In this document: one piece after another, positions 1 through 9,479 of the stretch
How the letters are laid out: each line of letters starts with the position of its first letter
Position numbering within the stretch: the first letter of the stretch is position 1
Assembly: GCA_003221005.1 (NCBI GenBank)
Contig: QHTZ01000084.1
Location: 1-32,307 of the forward strand
Source of the DNA: Gemmatimonadota bacterium
GTDB taxonomy: Bacteria > Gemmatimonadota > Gemmatimonadetes > Gemmatimonadales > GWC2-71-9
Direction: 5' to 3'
Length of the DNA: 32,307 nucleotides
The notes under the pieces: model-generated
What the model was told of the DNA's origin: nothing
The model's input: the letters and a program-made list of their open reading frames with translations, nothing else
Database searches by the model: none
Position numbers and translations under genes: made by a program

Positions 1-1176
1 CAGCACGAACACGCGCAGACGCCGGGCCGTGCGGTAGAGCTCCGCCGCAACGCCCGGCAAGCCGAGATGCTCCGCCGCTGCCGCGCCTGCGAGATGCGTG
101 ACAGTCCCGTCGCGTTTGACGAGCGGCAGGTCGAGGGCGAGCATGTCCGGTTTGGCGGGGAAATCGAGGAACAGCTCGTGCTCCGCGAGCCCCAGCTCAG
201 CGGCCACGCGGTCCTCCACCCGGCTTCTCAGATCGGGATCGTCGGCCGGCCAGGCAGCGGTGTCGGCGGGAAGCTCCGTCGCCGGAACATCGAGCGCGCG
301 CTTTGCCAGGCGCCGCTCGCGCAGCGCGTGCGCGAGCCCCGTCGTGTCCTCGCGCTGGAGCTCGTAGATCAGTCCCTCGTCCGTCGCCAGGGCGATGTCG
401 TCCACGCGCAGGCGTCCCCCGGCGAGCGCCACGCGCACAAGGCGCGTGAACATCACCGTGGCGGCGCGGACCGCGTGGTGCCAGTACACGTTGCGGTACA
501 TCTGGTATTTCGCGAACAGCAGCGACTCGAGCGCCGCGAGCCCCTTGTCGTGCAGCGCCAGCGCCGGGGCGCCGTCGGGGCCGGCGACGACCGTCAGCGA
601 GGCGAGCAGACGGTCAACGTCGATCACGCCGTATGGCACGCCGCACATCTGTGCGTCGCGCGACAAGTAGTCGAGCTTGTCGACGTCAAGCGAGCCCGAT
701 ACGAGTCCTGCGAGGGCTCCCCCCGCCTGGCGCCTCCCCTGGATCAGCGGCAACAGGGTATCGGGGGCGGCGCCCAGCCGTTCCAGTTGCTGCGCGAGCT
801 CCCCTGCCTGGAGGTGGCGCGCGGCCAGCTCCTCGTGGTGCGGGAGGCCGGCCTCCTCGAGCGCGTGCGAGAAGGGATAGTGGCCGATGTCGTGGAGCAG
901 CGCGGACAGCTTGAGCCGGCGCAGGTCGGTGGTGGGGACGGGAGCGCTCCCCGTCACCTCTTCGAGCTGGGCGAGCGCGCGGCGCGCGAGATGATACGCG
1001 CCCAGGGCGTGCTCGAAGCGCGTGTGCGTCGCGCCGGGATAGACCAGGAACGCGTGCCCCAGCTGGCGCACGTAGCGGAGGCGCTGAACCGCGGGCGTAT
1101 CCACCACGGCGAGCGCCTCGGGCTCGAGCCGGATGTTGTCCCAGAGTGGATCGCGAACGACCTCGAACTGACTCAC
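1..1176 (-). CDS. HD-domain phosphohydrolase, SAMHD1/COG1078-like (putative dNTP triphosphohydrolase); 3' end runs off the window
   Basis: Absent from the ORF track (no stop in the window). Manual translation from GTG at 1176, which overlaps the pckA stop: MSQFEVVRDPLWDNIRL..QRLRYVRQLGHAFLVYPGATHTRFEHALG..LLHDIGHYPFSHALE..LDVDKLDYLSRDA..KYQMYRNVYWH. Confidence 0.92.
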   Translation of the reverse strand, partial: MSQFEVVRDPLWDNIRLEPEALAVVDTPAVQRLRYVRQLGHAFLVYPGATHTRFEHALGAYHLARRALAQLEEVTGSAPVPTTDLRRLKLSALLHDIGHYPFSHALEEAGLPHHEELAARHLQAGELAQQLERLGAAPDTLLPLIQGRRQAGGALAGLVSGSLDVDKLDYLSRDAQMCGVPYGVIDVDRLLASLTVVAGPDGAPALALHDKGLAALESLLFAKYQMYRNVYWHHAVRAATVMFTRLVRVALAGGRLRVDDIALATDEGLIYELQREDTTGLAHALRERRLAKRALDVPATELPADTAAWPADDPDLRSRVEDRVAAELGLAEHELFLDFPAKPDMLALDLPLVKRDGTVTHLAGAAAAEHLGLPGVAAELYRTARRLRVFVL

Positions 1177-2676
1177 GCGGGCCCGGCGTCCCGCACGGCC
1201 GGGGGGACGCGGGGGGCGAACTGCTCGAAGTTGCGACGGAACAGCTCCGCGACCCGGGCGGCCTGGACGTCATAGGCCGCGGCATCCGGCCACGTTTCGC
1301 GGGAACGCAGCACCTCGTCGGGCACGCTCGGGACCTGGCGCGGGACCTCCAGGCCGAACACGGGCTCGCGAGCGGTCGGGGCGCGGTCCAGCGTGCCGGC
1401 GAGCGCCGCCCGCACCATGGCCCGGGTGAGCCCGAGGGCGATCCGCTGTCCGGTGCCGTACGGCCCGCCGGTCCACCCCGTGTTCACCAGCCAGCAGCGC
1501 ACCTCGTGCCGCGCGATCTTCGCGCCAAGCAGGGTGGCGTATGGCCGTGTACCCGGACAGGAAGTGGTACATCGCCTGAGCGGACGACAGTCGCGCGATC
1601 GGCGGCATGACGCCATAGGCGTCGCACGTCAGGAACACGATGTGGGAGGGGTGGCCGGCCATGCCGCTCGGCACGTGGTTGGGCATGAAGTGAATCGGGT
1701 AGGACGCGCGCGTGTTCTCGGTGATCGCCGCCGAGTCGAGGTCGAGCGTGCGCGTCGCCGGGTCCACGACCACGTTCTCGAGCACCGTGCCGAACATCCG
1801 GGTCGTGGCGTAGATGTCCGGCTCCGCTTCGCGCGACAACCGGATCACCTTGGCGTAACACCCGCCCTCGAAGTTGAACACGCCGCGGCCGCTCCAGCCG
1901 TGCTCGTCGTCGCCGATCAGGGCGCGCTCCCGGTCGGCGGACAACGTCGTCTTGCCGGTGCCCGAGAGCCCGAAGAACAGCGCCACGTCGCCCGCGAGCC
2001 CCAGGTTCGCCGAGCAGTGCATCGGCAGCACGTCGCGCTCGGGGAGCAGGTAGTTGAGCGTCGTGAACACCGCCTTCTTGACCTCGCCCGCGTAGCGCGT
2101 GCCGCCGATGAGGATCGTCCGCGTGCCGAAGTCGAGGGCGATGAACGTGCCGGAGCGGGTGCCGTGCCGGGCGGGGTCGGCCTGGAGCTCGGGGGCATGC
2201 AGCACCTGCCAGTCGGGCGTGAAGCTGCGCAGGTCGGCCGGAGTCGGCCGCAGGAACATGTTGCGCGCGAACAGGGCATGCCACGCGTTCGGGGTGACGA
2301 CCCGCATCGCGACCCGGTGGCCGGGGTCCGCCCCCGCGAACAGGTCCTGCACGAACAGCTCTCGGGCGGCGAGGTGCTGCGCGACGGCTTCCTGAAGCAG
2401 TGCGAATTGCTCGGGCGCGAGCGGCCGGTTGGCGCCCCACCACACGCGCTCGCTCGTGCGGGCATCGCGCACGATGAACTTGTCGTCCGGACTCCGGCCG
2501 GTGTGCGGCGCGGTCACGACGCACAGGGGGCCTGCATCCCCCAGCACGCCCTCCCCGAGCCGCAGGGCGTGCTCGTACAGCTCGGCGGGCGCGAGATTCC
2601 GGTGGCCCGCCTGAAGGTCGAGCGCCGGGCGTGTCGTGCGCGTCGCGATCGTGCCCTCTCGCCCCCTGCGGGTCAC
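1173..2676 (-). pseudogene. pckA: Phosphoenolpyruvate carboxykinase (ATP), split by an internal deletion and frameshift at 1541/1542
   Basis: Motifs TGRSPDDKF, YAGEVKK, HCSAN, FFGLSGTGKTTLS, IGDDEHGW, NFEGGCYAK, ENTRASYP in ORF 1270..2676. The C-terminus (YATLLGAKI..WLVNTGWTGGPYG..FRRNF) is in another frame, ORF 1173..1616. The family's KxAGTE..TFSxCFGxxF block is absent. Confidence 0.88.
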
Positions 2677-4943
2677 GCTGGCGGACGCGGCGTGCGGCCG
2701 TGCTCCTGGGCGTCCACTGCGGCGATCACGGCCATGTTCACGATGTCGCCGACGTCGGCGCCGCGTTGCAGGATGTGCACCGGCTGGGCCATGCCCACGA
2801 GGATGGGCCCGATCGCCTGTGAGCCGCCGATCCGGTCGAGCAGCTTGTAGGCGATGTTGGCGGCGTCGAGATTCGGGAAGATCAGCACGTTGGCGGCGCT
2901 CTTCAGGCGGGCGAACGGGTAGGTCTGCGTGAGGATGCGCTCGACGACGGCTGTGTCCGCCTGCATCTCGCCGTCCACCTCGAGCGCCGGCTCCCGCTGG
3001 TGCAGCAGAGCGACCGCCTGCCGTACCTTGGCCGCGGCCGGGTGCTTCACGGACCCGAAATTCGAGAACGATAGCATCGCCACCCGCGGCTCGATCCCGA
3101 GCCGCGACACGAACTGCGCGGTCGCGGAGGCGATCTCAGCGAGGGTCTCGGCGTCCGGCTCGATGTTCACGGTGCAATCGGCGAAGAAGAACGTCTGTTG
3201 GGGGAACACCAACATGTAGATGCCGCTCACGTGGCGCCGTCCCGGCCCGGCGCCGATCACTTCGAGGGCCGGTCGGATGGCGTCGGGATAGTACATGTCC
3301 TCCCCCGCGACCACCGCATCGGCGCGACCCGCCCGCAACATCAGGAGCGCGTAGTACATCGGATCCTCGACGCGGACGCGAGCCTCGCGGAGGGTGATAC
3401 CCTTGCGACGGCGGCGCTCCCACAGCTCGGTCGCGAGCGCCTCGCGGTCCGGAGCAACCCTGGGGTTCGCGAGCTCGAGATCCTCGAGCGTCACGCCGCT
3501 GTCGTCGGCGTGGCGCCGGATCAAGGCGGGATCGCCGAGCAAGATCGGCGCCGCCACGCCTTCATCCGCGAGAATCCGCGCCGCCCTGACGATGCGCGCG
3601 TCCTCCCCTTCCGGGAACACGATCCGCTGCGGCGCCTGCTGCGCGCGCGTGGTGAGACCCCGCATCACCTCCCGCGCCCGTCCCAGGCGCGCGTCGAGCT
3701 CGGCGCGGTACTCCTCCACGTCGATCACGCGCCCCGCCATCCCGGACGCCACCGCCGCCCATGCCACCGCCGGCGCCACCCACAGGAGTACGCGGGGGTC
3801 GAAGGGTTTCGGGATCAGGTAGTCGGGCCCGAAGCGCAGCCGCTCGAGCCCGTACGCCCGCGTCACCGAGTCCGGCACTTCTGCCTTCGCGAGCGCGGCG
3901 AGGGCGCGCGTCGCGGCCATCTCCATGTCCTCGGTGATGCCTCGAGCGCGCACGTCGAGCGCGCCACGAAAAATGAATGGAAAGCCGAGGACGTTGTTCA
4001 CCTGGTTCGGGAAGTCCGACCGGCCGGTGGCGATGATCGCGTCGGGCCGGGCCCGCATCGCCTCGTCCGGCATGATCTCGGGGGTGGGGTTCGCGAGCGC
4101 GAAGATGATCGGCCGCGCGGCCATCGCGGCGACCATCTCACCGCTCACGATGCCGCCCGTCGAGAGACCGACGAACACGTCCGCCCCCTTGAGCGCCTCG
4201 GCGAGCGTGCGCAGAGACGTCTCGGCCGCGAAGCGACGCTTGTAGTCGTCCAGATCGTCCCGCGCGGCGTGGATCACGCCCCGGTGATCGCACAGCACGA
4301 TGTGCTCGCGCCTGACGCCGAGACGCACGTAGTGCTCCGCCGTCGCGATCGCCGCGGCGCCGGCCCCGGCGAAGACGATCCGCACGCCGTCGATCGGCTT
4401 CCGCACGAGCTCGAGAGCGTTCAGCAACGCCGCTCCCGAGATGATCGCTGTGCCGTGCTGATCGTCGTGGAACACCGGGATGCCAAGGGTGGCCCGCAGC
4501 CGCTCTTCGACGTAGAAGCAGTCGGGCGAGCGAATGTCCTCGAGGTTGATCCCCCCAACGGTCGGCTCGAGCAGCTGGCAGAACCGGATCAGATCGTCGG
4601 GATGCTCGCTGCCTACTTCCAGATCGAACACGTCCAGATCGGCGAACGCCTTGAACAGAATCGCCTTGCCCTCCATCACGGGCTTCGCGGCGCTCGGCCC
4701 GATGTTGCCGAGCCCGAGAACCGCGGTCCCGTTGCTGACCACGGCGACGAGGTTCCCCTTGGCGGTGTAGCTGTAGACGCTCTCGGGGTGCTGCGCGATC
4801 TCACGGCACGGTTCGGCGACCCCGGGGGTGTAGGCGAGGGACAGGTCCCGTTGGTTCTTGAAGGGCTTCGTCGGGGAGACCTGGATCTTCCCAGGGCGGC
4901 CCTTCGCGTGGTAGTCCAGGGCGTCCTGGCGACGGATCGGCAT
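2673..4943 (-). CDS. maeB: NADP-dependent malic enzyme with C-terminal phosphotransacetylase-like domain
   Basis: 756 aa; [53 protein letters not shown]; PTA-like tail with VDGEMQAD and [12 protein letters not shown]. Confidence 0.96.
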   Translation of the reverse strand: MPIRRQDALDYHAKGRPGKIQVSPTKPFKNQRDLSLAYTPGVAEPCREIAQHPESVYSYTAKGNLVAVVSNGTAVLGLGNIGPSAAKPVMEGKAILFKAFADLDVFDLEVGSEHPDDLIRFCQLLEPTVGGINLEDIRSPDCFYVEERLRATLGIPVFHDDQHGTAIISGAALLNALELVRKPIDGVRIVFAGAGAAAIATAEHYVRLGVRREHIVLCDHRGVIHAARDDLDDYKRRFAAETSLRTLAEALKGADVFVGLSTGGIVSGEMVAAMAARPIIFALANPTPEIMPDEAMRARPDAIIATGRSDFPNQVNNVLGFPFIFRGALDVRARGITEDMEMAATRALAALAKAEVPDSVTRAYGLERLRFGPDYLIPKPFDPRVLLWVAPAVAWAAVASGMAGRVIDVEEYRAELDARLGRAREVMRGLTTRAQQAPQRIVFPEGEDARIVRAARILADEGVAAPILLGDPALIRRHADDSGVTLEDLELANPRVAPDREALATELWERRRRKGITLREARVRVEDPMYYALLMLRAGRADAVVAGEDMYYPDAIRPALEVIGAGPGRRHVSGIYMLVFPQQTFFFADCTVNIEPDAETLAEIASATAQFVSRLGIEPRVAMLSFSNFGSVKHPAAAKVRQAVALLHQREPALEVDGEMQADTAVVERILTQTYPFARLKSAANVLIFPNLDAANIAYKLLDRIGGSQAIGPILVGMAQPVHILQRGADVGDIVNMAVIAAVDAQEHGRTPRPPA

Positions 4944-4975
4944 CGAAGATACAAGTCCTTTTTAGTGAAGGAGTT

Positions 4976-5004
4976 ATGCTATGGAAGCCGGAGGCCGGTG
5001 TCAA
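4976..5004 (-). promoter_or_regulatory. sigma70-type promoter for maeB-pckA-HD
   Basis: Minus strand TTGACA (5004-4999), 17-nt spacer, TAGCAT (4981-4976), in an AT-rich intergenic patch 32 nt upstream of the maeB ATG. Confidence 0.7.
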
Positions 5005-5015
5005 GCGGCGAGCCG

Positions 5016-5657
5016 CTAGCGGGGCGGCGGGGCAACGGTGGCGCGGGTGTGGTACAGCAGCTCGATCGTGCGCCGGTCCTCGGCCGCCGGCGTTGTGACC
5101 GTCGGTGTGGCATTCATGATGTCCGCTCCGTACGGGCTGTGCTTGAGCAGCCCCAGGGCGTGGCCCAGCTCGTGGATGGCGACACGACGCAGGCAGGCGG
5201 ACACCTTGGCGTCGGTGTAGCCCGTCGTCGCGCTCAGCGTGACGTGCAGCACGTTCGCCGACGAGTCGGCAAAAACCACGGACGGATTGGTCGTGGCGCC
5301 GTCGCATGCCGGCACCGGGCCCACCGTGTCCGGGGGGACGTCCGGAGGTGGCAGCGCTTGCCACAGGAAGATCACGTCGGCCTGGCTCGAGTCCGTCACC
5401 CGTACCCCGCTGAACTCGCCGTACAGGAACTGTCCCTCCCACGCGGCGATCCCGAGCGACACCAGGGTAGGCATCGCCCCACGCGGGTCGGCAAAGATGC
5501 GCACCGGGAGCCGCGCGGCGGGCCAGTGGAAGACGAGGACAGTGTCGGGAGGGATCGTGTCGGCGAAGTCATACGTGCACCCCCCGCAGTCGCGCACCGG
5601 TGCAGTCGGCTCGCAGGCGACGGCGAGGAGCGCGAGACCGAGCAGCGCGCGCTTCAC
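5016..5657 (-). CDS. Matrixin/metzincin-like zinc metalloprotease lipoprotein
   Basis: Lipobox LAVAC; HELGHALGLLKH (HExxH..H zinc motif) followed by a Met-turn-like DIM. Confidence 0.82.
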   Translation of the reverse strand: MKRALLGLALLAVACEPTAPVRDCGGCTYDFADTIPPDTVLVFHWPAARLPVRIFADPRGAMPTLVSLGIAAWEGQFLYGEFSGVRVTDSSQADVIFLWQALPPPDVPPDTVGPVPACDGATTNPSVVFADSSANVLHVTLSATTGYTDAKVSACLRRVAIHELGHALGLLKHSPYGADIMNATPTVTTPAAEDRRTIELLYHTRATVAPPPR

Positions 5658-6274
5658 CTAGTGGCTCCCCAATCGGTGCGCACCGTGAGCGCGACCCGGT
5701 GCACCAGGCGCGATGCATCGAAGCCCTCGGCGCGAAGCGCGGGGGTGATGAACGGGTGGAGATCGTAGCGGGCCTCGATACTAACGTGGCGGCCCGCGCC
5801 GAGTGGCAGCACGTGGCCAAGGGTGAGCGCGCCGACGCCGGCGAGCGCACCGCTGCCCTGCCGAAAGATCCCGGAGTCCTCGCTCGGGAGGTACTTCAAC
5901 CCGCCCGCACCCGCCCCGACGGTGAACCCCGCCGGGAGCCGCCGCCTGACCCCCACAGTGAACGCCAGCGTGCTCACGCGATCGAGGTTCGTGCTCGAGC
6001 CGTCGGCGTCGTGGCGCGTGAGCGTGCTGGTCGAGAAATCCACCGTGACCACAGGCGCCCAGTCGTGTTGCAGCGGCGCCGCCAGCGTGACCACGACGAC
6101 GGGAGCGAGCGCGGGCCGCACGTCGAAGGGCGTAACGATCGAATCGCGGACCAGGGCGGAGCTGTAGCGGCCACCGGCCTGCACGCTGACTGTCACCTGA
6201 GCCGCAAGGCGGGACGCAGCCAGGGCGGCGAGCATGGCGGCAGCAAGGCGCTGCCCGGCTGAGGCGCGCGTCAT
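5654..6274 (-). CDS. Secreted hypothetical protein, probable outer-membrane beta-barrel
   Basis: Signal peptide ending LAA/Q, alternating amphipathic strands (VTVSVQAGGRY, LAFTVGVR, VSIEARYDL, VALTVRTDW); 4-nt overlaps with both neighbours. Confidence 0.6.
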   Translation of the reverse strand: MTRASAGQRLAAAMLAALAASRLAAQVTVSVQAGGRYSSALVRDSIVTPFDVRPALAPVVVVTLAAPLQHDWAPVVTVDFSTSTLTRHDADGSSTNLDRVSTLAFTVGVRRRLPAGFTVGAGAGGLKYLPSEDSGIFRQGSGALAGVGALTLGHVLPLGAGRHVSIEARYDLHPFITPALRAEGFDASRLVHRVALTVRTDWGATR

Positions 6275-7043
6275 GCTCGATCGGGGGCGCCGGCGGGTGC
6301 CGCTCGGTCAATTCCCGCCTTGCGCAACAGCGCCACGACGGCTAGCAGTAGCCCGTACATGCACACGATCAGGGGTCCTGTGGGAAGATTGCCCGTGAAT
6401 GAGATCCACAGGCCAAGACCGCCGGCACTACGAGGAAGGTGAACACCATGAGCACGCCGCCGACCGGCACGGCGAGCGTGATAACTATGCCAAAGGAGAG
6501 GTAGAACCAGAAGTCCCACCACCGGATACTCCAACCGTTGCGCTCCGCTTCCTCCGGCTGAAACGAGATGGTCAAGAACTTGCGCCGCAGGGCGTACTGG
6601 AACGCGCCCAGGACCGCGTACACCGCGGCGAGCCGCGCGATCCCCGCCCAGGTGACCCAGAGGATGCTCCCCACCAGGGACTTCTCTATCTCCTCACCGC
6701 CCCCCGGAACCTTGTCGGCGACCAGGATGGCCCCCGCCGACGCAACCACGTACACGATGCCGATGATCGCTTCCTGGGGCACCCGCCCCCCACGCGCCGT
6801 GCGAGTGACGGCGAACAGGAACGCGCCGACCGCGGTGAACGCGAGCGCGAACACCCAGCGCAGCGGCGAGTCGTGCCCGACGAACAGCAGCGCTACCAGA
6901 CCGCCGAGCGCCGCGATCTGCGCGAGCGAGAGGTCCACGAAGATCACCTCGCGGGCGATCACGTGGAGGCCGAGGTAGGAAAGCATGGCCACGAGCACCA
7001 TGCACGCGACGAACGGGGGCAGCATCAGCTGGAGGCCGGTCAT
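6271..7043 (-). pseudogene. Metal ABC transporter permease (ZnuB/MntB, ABC-3 family), frameshifted near 6415-6425
   Basis: YLGLHVIAREVIFVDLSLAQIAALG, EAIIGIVY, LVGSILWV, GVLMVFTFLVVPA in ORF 6369..7043. The family C-terminus GLWISFTGNLPTGPLIVC continues in another frame to the stop at 6271. Confidence 0.82.
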
Positions 7044-7059
7044 GGCATCCTCCCGGGCG

Positions 7060-8082
7060 TCACTGGGTCGAGGTGCTCGGCGCGCCGAACGCGCGGTCGA
7101 GCTCCGTGATCCAGAGGGTGACGAGATCGAAGTAGGTGTTCACGCCCGGAGTGCCGCCCACGTTGGCCGGCACGATGACCGCCTTTGCCGCGGTGCGATT
7201 GGCGACCTCTTGCACTTGGTCCCGCGGATAGTAGTTCGTCGAGAATAGGACGGGAATGTGCTGCTCCCGCATCTCATTAATGACGTCCAGCACATGCCCC
7301 GGCGTGGGAGGAATGCCTGGCTTCGGCTCGATGAAGTCGACACACGGGATGCCGAACTCCCGGGAGAAATAGACCCATTCCTTGTGGTAGCAGACCATCT
7401 GCTTCCCCCGGAAAGGCATCGCCTGTTTGAGCCAACCGCCGAGTCGCGTGCTCAGCGGCGTGCCCTGGTATTTGTGGGCCCCGAGGAACTCGAACAGTTT
7501 CCCCTGCCGGTCGAGATCGAACAGCGCCGAGCCCCCCAGCAGCTTCACCAACTCCTCGCCGTAGAGCGCTCGAAAGAGGCGATCTTCGAAGTCCTTTTCC
7601 CGCGCGGCAAAATACGCGGCGTCTGTGGGATCGACACGCTTCAAGCCGGTGAGGATGTTGCGCGCGATGATCACGGCGTTGATCGGATCAGTCCAGATGT
7701 GCGGGTTGCCGAAGACGTGAATGTCGCCCTGGGCCCGGGAGTAGCTGGTCGGGACGTCGAGCAGATCGATCCCGGTGTAGGCGGCGACGTACCCGGGCCC
7801 ACCTTCCGTCACCTTGGGGTTGTTGGCCTTGTCGAGCAGGGCGGGAACCCAGAGCTCGAGGTCGAGGCCGGTGGTCACGAATACATCGGCCTGCGATAGC
7901 GTAGGCACGAAGCTCGGCTTCGGCTGGACGTAGTGCGGGTTCTCGTCGCCGAGCGCAATCGAGGTCACCACGGCGCGATCGCCCGCGACCTCCCGGGCGA
8001 TCGCCGCGTAGGACGTCAGCGTAGTAACGACTCTGACCGGCGAGGCCGCCAGCAACGCCAGCAGGGCAAGCAGTTTCAGCAT
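7060..8082 (-). CDS. Zn/Mn ABC transporter substrate-binding protein (ZnuA/TroA family)
   Basis: Start re-called at ATG 8082 (MLKLLALLALLAASPVRVVTT); ENPHYV, GLDLELW, GNPHIWTDP, YHKEWVYF, EPKPGIPPT. Confidence 0.9.
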   Translation of the reverse strand: MLKLLALLALLAASPVRVVTTLTSYAAIAREVAGDRAVVTSIALGDENPHYVQPKPSFVPTLSQADVFVTTGLDLELWVPALLDKANNPKVTEGGPGYVAAYTGIDLLDVPTSYSRAQGDIHVFGNPHIWTDPINAVIIARNILTGLKRVDPTDAAYFAAREKDFEDRLFRALYGEELVKLLGGSALFDLDRQGKLFEFLGAHKYQGTPLSTRLGGWLKQAMPFRGKQMVCYHKEWVYFSREFGIPCVDFIEPKPGIPPTPGHVLDVINEMREQHIPVLFSTNYYPRDQVQEVANRTAAKAVIVPANVGGTPGVNTYFDLVTLWITELDRAFGAPSTSTQ

Positions 8083-8083
8083 G

Positions 8084-9346
8084 TCAGTAGGTCTCGTGTT
8101 TGTGAGGGCCAACGGCCCAGACCGCCTGCAACGCGATCTGGTTGGTCGTTCGGGCGTCGACGGTGCGCGCGTACGTGTACTGCGCCCGCAGATACACCCA
8201 TTCGCTTTCCCACAAGGTGAGCGAGGGAATGAGCTGCCGCGCGACACCGGCGCCGTCCGGCTGCTCGACGTAATCGTAGCGCAGCCCGGCGATCCAGCGC
8301 TGACCGAGCTTGTAGGTCGTGCTCACGTAGCCTCCGAGCCGGGTCGGGCCGGGTCCCGCCAACTCGCGGCGGAGCGCGTACAGCTCACCCCGCACGGTCC
8401 ACTCCCGGTAGAGCGCCCGCTGCGGCGGTCGCCACGTAAAGCGGAACTCCACGCCGCCGACCTTGGTGCGCAGGCTCGAATCCGGGTCGGTGCCATACAG
8501 CGCCGTCCCGCCCGCCTGGACGTAGCTCGACCGGCCGAGCTGCCAGAAATTCAAGAGGTGCGCGAGATACGTCGGCCGGCCAGCGCCGCCGAACAATTCG
8601 GCATCGCTGGCGCTGCGGGTGACCTGCAGCGTCAGCTCGTGGGTCCCGAGACCCCCGACAGCCCGGTACAGGGACAACCCCGTGCCGCTCAGCCCATCGT
8701 CGCCCAGGTAGGTCCGGAGCGCGAGCGGGTATTCCGTCTCGGGGAGCGCGTGCAAATGCCAACGATTCAGCTCGCCGAATTGCTGGCGGAACTTGCCGAC
8801 ATCGAGGCGCAGGTGACCGGGGAGCCCGGTCCAGTAGGCGTAACCCTCCTCGATGCTGACGTCCCCGTTCTCGAGGCTCACGAAGATCTTCGTGTTCGAG
8901 TAGGGATCGAGCGCCGATTGGAACCCAACCTCGAACTCGCGGGGCTCGAAATTGTCGTGCTGGACGCCGGGCTGCTGGCCGTACCCACGTACGTCGCCCG
9001 TGACGCTGATCTCCGGATTGAGCTGCGCCTGGTTTCGCTCCCGGCCTACGAACTGGACCCGGCTCGCAGTATCGGTCCGGGTGGTCGTGTCGCTACGGCC
9101 GACGGCGGCGGCCGCAGCCGCGCGCAGCGCCGCCAGGTCTTGGCTCGTGTCAGCGGGCGCTGCCGCTGGCCCCCGGGACGCGACCCCCTTGAGGGCGGCG
9201 CGCAGGCTGTCGAGTCGGAGTTTCAGCGCCTGTACTTGCGCGGTCAGCGAATCCATCTGGCGCTGCGTCGGTTGCTGCGCGTGGGCCGGGCGCGTTGCGC
9301 CGAGCACCATCGCGGCGAGCGCGGCGACATCACGAGGTCGGATCAT
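8084..9346 (-). CDS. Outer-membrane beta-barrel of the metal-uptake type ('zinc-regulated outer membrane receptor'-like)
   Basis: Signal peptide, coiled coil, NPEISVTGD, EVGFQSALDPY, GKFRQQFGELNRWHLH, His-rich C-terminus GPHKHETY; strong SD AAAGGAG; directly upstream of the binding protein. Confidence 0.72.
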   Translation of the reverse strand: MIRPRDVAALAAMVLGATRPAHAQQPTQRQMDSLTAQVQALKLRLDSLRAALKGVASRGPAAAPADTSQDLAALRAAAAAAVGRSDTTTRTDTASRVQFVGRERNQAQLNPEISVTGDVRGYGQQPGVQHDNFEPREFEVGFQSALDPYSNTKIFVSLENGDVSIEEGYAYWTGLPGHLRLDVGKFRQQFGELNRWHLHALPETEYPLALRTYLGDDGLSGTGLSLYRAVGGLGTHELTLQVTRSASDAELFGGAGRPTYLAHLLNFWQLGRSSYVQAGGTALYGTDPDSSLRTKVGGVEFRFTWRPPQRALYREWTVRGELYALRRELAGPGPTRLGGYVSTTYKLGQRWIAGLRYDYVEQPDGAGVARQLIPSLTLWESEWVYLRAQYTYARTVDARTTNQIALQAVWAVGPHKHETY

Positions 9347-9479
9347 CCCCAGTCTCCTTTAGTTGCTCTAGAGGTGCGGGGCACCGGCCCCGCTTGACGA
9401 GCGGAGACGGTGGCGCACGGTCCCGGACGCCCGGAGTGGGCGGCCGGTCAAATCAGGAGAGGAGAGGAGGAGGTGCCCG
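9347..9479 (-). promoter_or_regulatory. Putative translational attenuator leader (SD, anti-SD elements and a GC hairpin)
   Basis: SD AAAGGAGA at 9360-9353; complementary CCGUCUCC at 9410-9403; CU-rich CCUCCUCCUCUCCUCUCCU at 9473-9455; perfect 7-bp hairpin GCGGGGC-4nt-GCCCCGC at 9376-9393. Confidence 0.5.

Noticed and set aside
67-1275. 402-aa plus-strand ORF
   Set aside because: Antisense shadow of the HD-domain gene; no recognisable motifs; long shadow ORFs are expected in high-GC DNA.
1530-1560. Programmed ribosomal frameshift in pckA (or in the permease near 6420)
   Set aside because: No slippery sequence, and conserved coding sequence is physically missing, so recoding could not restore the protein.
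2647-2660. ATC codon after GAGAGGG as a mutated or non-canonical pckA start
   Set aside because: An in-frame GTG coupled to the maeB stop exists at 2676; cannot be decided without homologue alignment.
3198-5768. 856-aa plus-strand ORF (likewise 1393..2850, 8081..9397, 17807..19732, 21750..23057)
   Set aside because: Each lies antisense to well-supported genes and has Arg-rich, motif-free composition.
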